A DNA stretch of 63,995 bases, filler included, from Octopus bimaculoides (Eukaryota): NCBI RefSeq assembly GCF_001194135.2. It is 5 parts of 5 records of this genome, joined end to end, with 100 filler letters (N's around TTAATTAATTAA, not from the genome) between each part and the next. Parts side by side here need not be neighbours in the genome. Positions count along the whole stretch, not along the records: positions 45,680 to 61,080 come from NC_068997.1; positions 61,181 to 63,995 come from NW_026352694.1; 3 more parts are not named here. One strand, 5' to 3'. The notes beneath the pieces were generated by a model. That model did no database searches, was not told where the DNA came from, and was given only the letters and a program-made list of their open reading frames with translations. This document shows, in pieces, positions 54,465 through 63,995 of the stretch. The position numbers were made by a program, and so were the translations under genes. How positions within the stretch are numbered: position 1 is the stretch's first letter; each line of letters starts with the position of its first letter.

Positions 54465-55212
54465 CTGAAATTTAGAGTAGTTTTATAGGTCATATAAATC
54501 AAGGTCATATAGGTCATATGTATTCAAGTATTTTCTTATTTAATTCTATTTTCGGATTCATCTACCATAACTCAAAAGAGATTGTGAATACCGTGTTAAA
54601 AGCTTAAACTTAGATTTAAATGCTAAGTTTAACTTTTTGTATTCTTTTCTAAAACGATCCTTCTTACCAATTACTTTCAACGTTTCTCATTAGTTATTTC
54701 TAAATATTTATAGCCACCTGTATCTACACGTTTTATTATTTAGGCCTACTCACCTCATAAACACATCCCATTTCCCTCAAATACTCGTTTGTTTCTTTTA
54801 CTAAGTCTTCAATCACAAATTCCATCGTAATTTATTCGTTAAATTCATGCACTGTTTCCACTAAGGAATTTTAGCTGATCTTCATTTCTTAATGAAGAGT
54901 TAGTTTTATAAAATGTTGAAGCAGGTGAGTGGAGCAGTGAAATCTGTAAAGCGTCAGACAAAAAACCTTGTCGCATGTAGCTATCAGCTACGCCCTTATA
55001 CCCTGAGCTCAGATCACGTAAATATCAATTTTATTTTTCATCCTTTGAGTACATAATAGACATTCCCCAAATTAATAATAATTTACATCTATTTAAAAAA
55101 ACGATATAGGCGAGTGTATCGGTGGAGGGGAATTGACAAAATTTTCTTCGACTCTTTATTATGAATGAACCTTTATGCTTTGAGTTCAAACCACAAGCAC
55201 TAACTTATCCTT

Positions 55213-55490
55213 GGAGGCGCAATGGCCCGGTGGTTTGGGCAGCGGACTCGCGGTCGGAGGATCGCGGTTTCGATTCCCAGACCGTGCGTTGTGAGTGTTT
55301 ATTGAGCGAAAACACCTAAGCTCCACGAGGCTCCGGCAGGGGTGATGGTGACCCCTGTTGTGCTCTTACGCCCCAACTTTCTCTCACTCTTTCTTCCTGT
55401 TTCTTGAGTAACGCTACGATGGACTGGCGTCCCGTCCAGCTGGGGAAGGGGGACACATACGCCATAGAAACCGGGAAAGGCTTTGAAAGG
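55213..55490 (+). mobile_element. tRNA-derived SINE with the family B head and a different tail
   Basis: First ~180 nt match 31694 onward; diverges after CTTCCTGTTTCT. Confidence 0.85.
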
Positions 55491-56226
55491 GCGACGTTTA
55501 TCGTTTAACTTATCCTTACATTTAGTTATATATATNNNNNNNNNNNNNNNNNNNNNNNNNNNNNNNNNNNNNNNNNNNNNNNNNNNNNNNNNNNNNNNNN
55601 NNNNNNNNNNNNNNNNNNNNNNNNNNNNNNNNNNNNNNNNNNNNNNNNNNNNNNNNNNNNNNNNNNNNNNNNNNNNNNNNNNNNNNNNNNNNNNNNNNNN
55701 NNNNNNNNNNNNNNNNNNNNNNNNNNNNNNNNNNNNNNNNNNNNNNNNNNNNNNNNNNNNNNNNNNNNNNNNNNNNNNNNNNNNNNNNNNNNNNNNNNNN
55801 NNNNNNNNNNNNNNNNNNNNNNNNNNNNNNNNNNNNNNNNNNNNNNNNNNNNNNNNNNNNNNNNNNNNNNNNNNNNNNNNNNNNNNNNNNNNNNNNNNNN
55901 NNNNNNNNNNNNNNNNNNNNNNNNNNNNNNNNNNNNNNNNNNNNNNNNNNNNNNNNNNNNNNNNNNNNNNNNNNNNNNNNNNNNNNNNNNNNNNNNNNNN
56001 NNNNNNNNNNNNNNNNNNNNNNNNNNNNNNNNNNNNNNNNNNNNNNNNNNNNNNNNATAAAGGGAAGAAATTTCATGCCTCATTCACTATTACAATGCGG
56101 TTACAATGACAGGATACGAAACTATCAATCACTCTCTTAGCCTGCTGCATTTTCTATTCGGCTTCAAATGGAAAATTTTTTGACAAAATAAAATTCTACA
56201 AAGAGTCTACAATGTTTTATACTTAC

Positions 56227-56455
56227 CAATTATATCTGTCTGAGCACCAATTCCACCGCGTTCATCTTCGTTAAGTGAATAGTCAAAGGACATGATAGCT
56301 TTCAGAGTTCGTTCGGACATGCTGATTAACTTGTTCTTGATGTCTTTTATATTTTCTTCTGAGACATGCCAAGTTTTGAGAGATGATTCCAATGACTGTG
56401 GGACAGTGTTGTCTCCGTTGATTGGCTTACTCGACTTGCCAACGCCACAGACAAT
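56227..56455 (-). CDS. CARNS1: Internal exon of CARNS1-like gene (IVCGVGKSSKPING...ERGGIGAQTDII)
   Basis: Acceptor ttgttttcAG|ATT (phase 0); donor ATTG|GTAAGT (phase 1); 229 nt. VCGVG and RGG..AQTD..G resemble vertebrate CARNS1. Confidence 0.92.
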
Positions 56456-56890
56456 CTGAAAACAATTGGAAGGTTTAATTTACGAAGAAAAAGGGAGGGA
56501 GAAGTGTCAGTGGTGGTTAGAGTAGGGGTTTGTATCTTACCTCCAACCACCACCATTACGGGTTTGCACGATCAGATCAGTGATAATTTGATCGTGCACT
56601 TTTGTTGTTGGAAGTACTCCAGCTAGGACCAACCCACGCATGAACATATATACAAGAACGTATAATCACACATGCACACCACATATGCACACGTAAATAC
56701 ATACATACATATACGTGTGTGTGTGTGTGTAGGTAGGTAGGTAGGTACACTTACCTACCTATCTGGCATACATACTTATATATATACAAAAATACATACA
56801 TACACAGACGTGCACAAACGTACACATACCAACAAAGAGAAACAAGCACATATACACAAATGCACAAACTCACACACACATATTATATAC

Positions 56891-56921
<31 letters not shown>

Positions 56922-57268
56922 CATACACACACTCAGACGTAAATAAACACATCAGATGTATACTCCCTAATATACATTTTCTTTAAACAAATGATAGTGT
57001 GTGATTTGAGTAAGTCTTAGTTTCCATCTCTAGCAGGCCAAGTCACCATGTAGAGGTTCCCTTGTTAGATATTATTGGTTAGCGAGATTAGTAAAAAATA
57101 GAATAGATAAAAATAAGAAAACTGTTTATTAGCTTGTTAGATCCCCTTGTTTTAATGTTTTGTGGACAACTTGTTTTACATATATGAGGATTCATCAGGT
57201 ATAGATATTTATATGGATCGGATATTGTTGTGATGTGTTGCAAATGGTACAAAGTCAAACAAACTAAC

Positions 57269-57333
57269 CTTTGACGTGTGTGGAAGGTCATCTGATGTCC
57301 GACACACTGTTGTTCTGACACGAAAGTTGTAAT
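57269..57333 (-). CDS. CARNS1: Small internal exon of CARNS1-like gene ((D)YNFRVRTTVCRTSDDLPHTSK)
   Basis: Acceptor ttttattctgaaacAG|AT (phase 1); donor AAG|GTTAGT (phase 0); 65 nt. Bridges the phases of both neighbours exactly, and VCRT..D.P..SK resembles CARNS1. Confidence 0.88.
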
Positions 57334-58139
57334 CTGTTTCAGAATAAAAAAAAGAATTAAAAATAAACAAAATGAAATAATACTATTGACTTGGGTGGTG
57401 GGGAGGGAAATAATCGAAGATATTGATTTATAACACAGGCAGAAGGCCACAGATTTATGGTGAGTTGGAGAATAATCGACAATTTGATTATTAACATACG
57501 CACAGGGTCAGAAATTTGGAGGAAGTAGACAGTCGGTAAGAATGACTCGAGTACTTATTTTATCGACTCCCGGAAGAATCACGTCCAGTAAGAGACTCGA
57601 CAACAATTAACGTCGACAACAATTAACTGGTTGGTCTATTCCAGAAGACTTTTGGTCTAGAGCCTAGGGATGACTTCCAGAAATCCATGTCCTGGCAATG
57701 CTACCAGGCGCATTGCCAGTTCAGGATAACCTCAACAGAAACGGTAGTACCATCAGCTGGACCTGCCTGAGATGTGTGTTGAATGAAGACAACGTCTGCG
57801 CATGCTCGTACAGTGCTCGTGCATTTCTAGCTTCTCGAGTTATGCCCAACAGCCTCTATCACGTGTAGGACGGTTCCAGCTATTGGTTAATTTCATTATT
57901 ATTATTATTATAAGACGACAATTTGCCCGAATTATTAACCCACCGGACAACATGTTTAACGGCATTCCGTCTGTCTTTGCATTCAAAATACAAATTCTGC
58001 CCAGGTCGACTTTGCTTTTATCCTTTCGGGTTCAATGATACCAGTTGAGCACTGAGATCAATATAATCGACTAGTCCCCTTCAACAAAATTTCAGACCTT
58101 ACGCAAAGAATTATTATCCTTATTATTATTATTATTATT

Positions 58140-58680
58140 ATTGAGTGAGAGAGCAGTGCATGCCATCAAATTGACACTGGGATAAAATATACGAAGCCTG
58201 GTATACCCATCATGACTACCCATCTGATAAGGGTACACCAGGCACATGCATCGCAACCATATGTACGCAGCACGGTAAGATAAACAGGGCATGACCTTGC
58301 AAGTGAAGCCCAGTTGGAATTTTCTTCAGCTCGAGTAGCCCATCCCGCTCAAAAGGCCTCTGATTAAGGGTTGCTTAAAGATGTTTAACAAAACACCCAT
58401 GTTGCCAGAGGTGAATTATCCAAACCCTCCAAAATTCCACTCAACACATGTCTACGATGCCCCTCCACTACTTCTGCTCGTGATCAGAGATGCACATATC
58501 GTCAGCCACTAACGAACATGCTGAACTGGTTATGGTCAAACAACTGACAAGCAAATCTGTGGTATTTAGCAAAATATTTGCTGTAGCCCATCTTTTATAC
58601 CAAGACAAAAGAATGTACATGATAACACTTCCAATCAGTTAAGATCAGAAGCCATGAGAGCCACTGTCTGGTACAGTATC
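58140..58680 (-). mobile_element. Non-coding retroposon with (AAT)n tail
   Basis: 58140-58375 is the reverse complement of the related copy at 61866-62116. Confidence 0.75.
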
Positions 58681-58738
58681 ATTATTATCATTATTATTAT
58701 TACTACTACTACTACTACTACTACTAATACTACTATTA

Positions 58739-58772
<34 letters not shown>

Positions 58773-58776
<4 letters not shown>

Positions 58777-59080
58777 TAGTTTTATTTTTATAACGTGCTT
58801 TCACTTCACTACCGAGCGCAGCTCTGTGCGCCTTGGGTATGTGCTGTGGTTTGCTGTGGTGCTCTTATGTTTACTGTATTGAAAGTGTTTTGCGTAGAAT
58901 GTGTGCAGTACCCAGTAGTGCAATTTTCTGTATGTTATATATATTTGTAAGTCCTGGTGTTTTTGTTATGTATTTGTCTGAATATTTTTTTATTATACCT
59001 AAGGCACCTACTATGATAGGAATTGTTTCTGTTTTTAGATTCCACATTCGAGTTATCTCTATTTCCAGGTCTTTGTATTT
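58773..59080 (-). mobile_element. 3' end of an R4-like RLE LINE (copy 1)
   Basis: KYKDLEIEITRMWNLKTETIPIIVGALGIIKK...QKIALLGTAHILRKTLSIQ*, then 3' UTR and (AAT)n. Confidence 0.9.
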
Positions 59081-59109
59081 TATTATTATTATTATTATCA
59101 TTATTATTA

Positions 59110-59440
59110 TTTGGCGCCTGGCACCTAGAATGTTGTCTGGAGTTCACATTCCTCAACCAGTCGGGCAATGAGATCGGTGGATGTTCCACTTTAGAAATTT
59201 AGAGGGGATTAATGGCGGGAAAGTGCGACGACGTTCTCGGAGAGACTCTGGGTGCCGATGAGAACGACTGGCTAGTCTGTTCCGGGGGACTTCCCGGTCG
59301 GGGACTAACATGGATAATTTCCAGATGTTTGGCCTGGCAGTGCAACCAGAGGACTCTACCGGTTCGAGATAAACTCTACAGGCACGGATGTGCTGTCAGT
59401 CGAGCTTGTCCGGGCATTGTTGGCTTATGAGGTTATGTCG
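59110..59440 (+). mobile_element. Tx1/L1-like LINE fragment (zf-RVT region)
   Basis: LAWQCNQRTLPVRDKLYRHGCAVSRACP. Confidence 0.7.
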
Positions 59441-59634
59441 AATAGTTGCTGTCACATTGAATATTGTAGTCCTAGAAATGCGTTCTTCCTGGAACCAAAA
59501 CGTGACGAGCATCACAAGTGGAAACACATTAATCATAGATCTGCCCAGTCCGGACGACGTGAGACAAGACATCGAACATAAACAACTGATGAGATTTTAA
59601 TATAGATGATATTAGACAAAGGTATTGAGCTCAC

Positions 59635-59803
59635 CTTCAGTGACAGGTAAGTTGTTAATGCATTCTTCTAAAATCACTGCATCACCTTCTTCTAGTCTAT
59701 GGTAAACTGAAACTGCTGTTTCCACTAATTCTTCCACATTGGGTTCGTTGAAAGACACCAGTTTACTTCCAAACCATGAAGGACCGGAGGGTTTTATAAC
59801 AAG
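59635..59803 (-). CDS. CARNS1: Internal exon of CARNS1-like gene (LVIKPSGPSWFGSK...EEGDAVILEECINNLPVTE)
   Basis: Long pyrimidine tract ending ttctcattccAG|CTT (phase 0); donor GAAG|GTGAGC (phase 1); 169 nt. Encodes the VIKP lysine of the N-terminal ATP-grasp domain. Confidence 0.88.
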
Positions 59804-59907
59804 CTGGAATGAGAAGAAATGGAGAGAAAAAAAGAATAACGTCTTAATATATTTTTACTTTTCATAAATTAAGTACCAGCCAAGAGTCAATTTCTGGGGG
59901 AAGGTAC

Positions 59908-59941
<34 letters not shown>

Positions 59942-59944
59942 GAA

Positions 59945-60310
59945 GAGAAAAAATGCTTTCTAATTGATGCATCAATACCAGCAGATGACAACGTCTCTCT
60001 AAAAGAAATGGAAAAACTTTCAAAATACAAAGACCTGGAAATAGAGGTAACTCGAATGTGGAATCTAAAAACAGAAACAATTCCTATAATAAAAAAATAT
60101 TCAGACAAATACATAACAAAAACACCAGGACTTACAAATATATATAACATACAGAAAATTGCACTACTGGGCACAGCACACATCCTACGCAAAACACTTT
60201 CAATACAGTAACCATAAGAGCACCACAGCAAATCACAGCACATACCCAAGGCGCACAGAGCTGCGCTCGGTAGTGAAGTGAAAGCACGTTATAAAAATAA
60301 AACTACTGAA
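59945..60310 (+). mobile_element. 3' end of the same R4-like LINE (copy 2, inverted relative to copy 1)
   Basis: Near-identical to copy 1 but lacks 21 nt (VGALGII); (AAT)n tail from 60311. Confidence 0.9.
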
Positions 60311-61421
60311 CAATAATAATAATAATAATAATAATAATTGCTACAAAATAATAATAATGAGGATAATAATAATAATGAGGAGGATGAAATGATAATAATA
60401 ATAATGATGAGGCTAATAATAATAATAATCGTTTCTAATATAGGGCTTTTTTTTTCCTATTTTGGTGGGGGTGGATGGATAAGTCAATGACATTGACACC
60501 AGTGTTCAAGTCGTACTTATTTTATCGACCCAGAAAGCATGAAAGGCACAGTCGATCTGGGCGGAATTTGAATTCCGAACGTAAAGACGGACGAAATACC
60601 GCAAAGAATTTTGCCCGGCGCGGTAACGATTCGGAAAAATAGGTGAAGGCGTGGCTGTGTAGTAAGAAGCTTGCTGTCCATCCACATGGTTTCAAGTTCA
60701 ATCCAACAAATACAACTCGTAAATTAAGAAACAAAAACTGTGACAAGCATCATGAAGGAAGAATTTTTACAGGAAGAAGTAATTAACATAACATACGCAA
60801 TTAGATGAAACCATTACAGCTAATCCATTATAAACGGAAACGAATATGATATCACATCCTTGTGTGAATTGCTCTATGCTGCTGCTACAGTTGTAACAAA
60901 ATGTGTAACGTAAAAATGAAAAATAGAGTGACAAAAGCTCACGAAAGACCAGCGTGTCAAGAAGAAAAGAAATCAAGTAATAAAACGATGCTCTTGGATC
61001 TGATTTAGAAATAATCCTTTCTACTATAGGTACAAGGTCTGAAATTTGGTGGGGTGGGGACTAGTCGATTACATCTATCCNNNNNNNNNNNNNNNNNNNN
61101 NNNNNNNNNNNNNNNNNNNNNNNNTTAATTAATTAANNNNNNNNNNNNNNNNNNNNNNNNNNNNNNNNNNNNNNNNNNNNCATCAATCCCCTTCCGTCAC
61201 CCCGATTTCACTGTGATGTCTCTTTCACTTCACACCTCTTTCTGAAGTGCGTCCCATTTTCTGTCGCAGCTCCCACCCCTCCCCGCCTTCAGCAGCAGCC
61301 CTTCCACTCCAAAATTAATCTACTTAACAGTAATAACCTCATTCATTCATTCATTTATTCCCTTTCAAACGAGACTTGAGCTGTCGCAGACAAGAAGCTT
61401 GGGTTTTAAGGGAAGACAAAG

Positions 61422-61461
<40 letters not shown>

Positions 61462-61865
61462 GCCTTTCTACTGTAGGCACAACCTCTGGAATTCTGGGAG
61501 ATGGGGCTAGCCAGTTACATCAATCCCCAGCGCTCCGCTAGGTCTTATTTTATTGACCCTGAAACGATGAAAGGCGTAGTCGACCTCGATGGAATTTGAA
61601 CCCGGAATGTAAAGATAACCGAAATGCCTCTGAGCATCTTGCCTGGCATGCTAACAATTGTGCTAGCTTGCCACCTTACAAAATGATGATGATGATGATG
61701 CTGATGTTGTTGATATTGATGATCCTTTCTGCTATAGGCACAAGGCCTGAAATTTTGGGGTGGTGCTAGTTGACTACTTTGACCCCCAGTGTTCAACTGG
61801 TACTTATTTCATCGACCCCTAAAAGGATGAAAGGTAAAGTTGAACTTGGTGGAATTTGAACTCGG

Positions 61866-62116
61866 AACAACCCTTATTCAGGGACTTTTTGAGTGGGATG
61901 GGCTACTCGACCTGAAGAACATTCCAACTGGGCCCCACCTGCGAAGTCATGGACTGTTTATCTTGATATGAGATCACCATGTCACGCACATATGGTTGTG
62001 ATGCATGTGCCTGGTGTACCCTTATCAGACGGGTAGTCATGATGGGTATACTGGGCTTCGTATATTTGTACCCCAGTGTCACTTAGACGGCATGTGCTGC
62101 TCCCTCACTCACTCAA
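61866..62116 (+). mobile_element. Partial copy of the 58140-58680 retroposon, opposite orientation
   Basis: CAACCCTTATTCAGGGACTTTTTGAGTGGGATGGGCTACTCG...CACTCACTCAAT. Confidence 0.75.
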
Positions 62117-63589
62117 TCACAAGAGCACTCGGAGAGCACAAACCTCCGCCAAGGCAACACCAACATCCTCTCAAAGTTTAGACAGAGATGATTTTTAAAA
62201 TGAGAATATCTGAAATAAATTCGATTGCTCTCACAAACGAGAATACTAAAAATGAACCTGACCGCTCTCAAACATTAAATAAAAAAACAGGAAAAAGAAT
62301 CCGGAATCCTTGTCCAGTATCAGATCAATCCCAAAATCTAATCAATTCATGCCAGTCACTTGGCTCCTGAACTTTTATTTTACCATATACCTGGCTCTCT
62401 ACTAGTGCTACGGTATAGAGAAAAATAAGCCATCCACTGGTAAACCAGGGTTAAGGCAGCGTGCTGGCCGAATTGTTAGCATTGCCGGTCAAAATGGCTA
62501 GCAGCATTTTATCCATCTTCATGTTTTGAGTTCAAATTCTGCCGAGGTCAACTTTGCCTTTCATCCTTCTGGAGTCGTTAAATTAAGTACCAGTGAAAAA
62601 TTGGGGTCGCTGAAATCAACTTAGTTCCCTGTTCCGAAATTCCAGATCTTATTAATCTTGTTTACATGCTAAATCCTCACAACACACACACACACACACA
62701 TTCACACACATCCTTTTGTTTTGTCTTGTACTGCCCATAATGTTTTTCTTAATGTGAACCCTTTGTGGGTTAATAAAGAAACCCTCATTATTATTATTAT
62801 TATTATTGATATCCTTTCAGGGTTGATAAATTAAGTACCGGTGAAACACTGGAGGGGGTCGATGTAATCGACTCCCCCTCCCTCCCCACCAATTTAAGGC
62901 CTTGTGCCTTTAGCAGAGAGGATAGTTATTTTTATTATTGATAATAAAATCCTGTGTAACTTCATTCCTTACATTTCTGGGGAAACCCCCCCCCCAAAAA
63001 AAAACAACAAAAATAACCCCCAAAAAACCCCAAAAACAACAAAACCCCCCAAAAAAAAACAACAAAACCCCACAAAAAACAAAAAAAACCCCAAAAACAA
63101 CAAAACCTCCCCAAAAAAACAACAAAAACCCCAAAACAACAAAACCCCTCAAAAAACAACAAACACCCCCCCANNNNNNNNNNNNNNNNNNNNNNNNNNN
63201 NNNNNNNNNNNNNNNNNNNNNNNNNNNNNNNNNNNNNNNNNNNNNNNNNNNNNNNNNNNNNNNNNNNTGATAATAAAATCCTGTGTAACTTCATTCCTTA
63301 CATTTCTGGGGAAACCCCCCCCCCCAAAAAAAACAACAACAACAAAAACCCCACCCCACCACCATCACCGCCACCTTTTCCATCTGTCTTGTTGTAGTCA
63401 GGTGACTTACTGAAATATGTCTGGCATCTCAGACAGCCGTTGTTGTTCTTGTTGTTCTTCTTGTTCTTGGTTCTCAGGTCTTCTTGTGCCAGGTTTGTTT
63501 TTTTAATGCTGACTCTGGGAAATGTTTGTTTGCTTTTTAGCTTAGGAAACTAAACCGTTTATAGTGCGATGATGGATGAACCGCTGTGG

Positions 63590-63604
63590 TGGCTGCTACT
63601 ACTG

Positions 63605-63678
<74 letters not shown>

Positions 63679-63727
63679 TATTATTTATTATTATTTATTA
63701 TTATTATTATTATTTTTTTATTTATTA

Positions 63728-63769
<42 letters not shown>

Positions 63770-63903
63770 GCTACTGCTGCTACTACCACCGTCACCTCCT
63801 ACCACTGCCATAGCTTATATATTACGCCATCAGTTATATAACTACTACTATTACTATTACTACTACTACTGCAACCTCCACCACTACTACTACCACCGCC
63901 ACC

Positions 63904-63938
<35 letters not shown>

Positions 63939-63995
63939 CACCACCACCACCACTACTACTACCACCACCACCACTACTACTACCACCACCACCAC
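63590..63995. repeat. Compound trinucleotide microsatellite (ACT/ATT/ACC)
   Basis: Read directly from the sequence. Confidence 0.95.

Noticed and set aside
58871-60211. KYKDLEIE... ORFs as host genes
   Set aside because: They are C-termini of an RLE LINE with 3' UTR and (AAT)n tail.
28020-61136. TTAATTAATTAA islands inside gaps (28020, 34132, 45624, 61125)
   Set aside because: An identical 12-mer with stops in all six frames, always embedded in N runs, is an assembly linker rather than biology.
62938-63350. Direct repeat TGATAATAAAATCC...GGGGAAACCCC around a K/P/N/T-rich ORF
   Set aside because: The duplication flanks a gap and the interior is almost C/A-only, low-quality sequence; likely misassembly.
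63411-63514. Possible upstream CARNS1 exon (AG...GTAAGT, 104 nt, minus strand)
   Set aside because: The only fully open frame is low complexity, ends in phase 1 (the next exon needs phase 0) and shows no CARNS1 resemblance; it cannot be excluded as a more distant or UTR exon.

Overview
AT-rich, gap-ridden animal genomic DNA, most likely an octopus (inferred from the SINE repertoire, the dense (TA)n/(CA)n microsatellites and the gap style; not confirmed by any search). Most ORFs in the track are artefacts of N-gaps, microsatellites or decayed transposons. The one gene I can build confidently is a minus-strand carnosine-synthase-like (CARNS1/ATPGD1-type) tandem ATP-grasp ligase. Five phase-compatible GT-AG exons (59803-59635, 57333-57269, 56455-56227, 54464-54202, 52916-51681) give 653 aa, and the 5' exons were not found. 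Weaker evidence points to a second minus-strand gene, possibly a receptor guanylyl cyclase (exon at 5137-5004), and to a small plus-strand spliced transcript near 49.2-49.9 kb. The rest is a mosaic of tRNA-derived SINEs, Penelope-like elements with hammerhead-like motifs, LINE remnants (HERO-, R4-, RTE-, CR1- and Tx1-like), Tc1/mariner pieces and foldback elements. The structural highlights are nested inverted repeats bracketing one CARNS1 exon, a 788-bp palindromic element with an inverted telomeric core and an 8-bp TSD, and a 92-bp near-perfect hairpin. There is no CRISPR array, rRNA or true tRNA gene.
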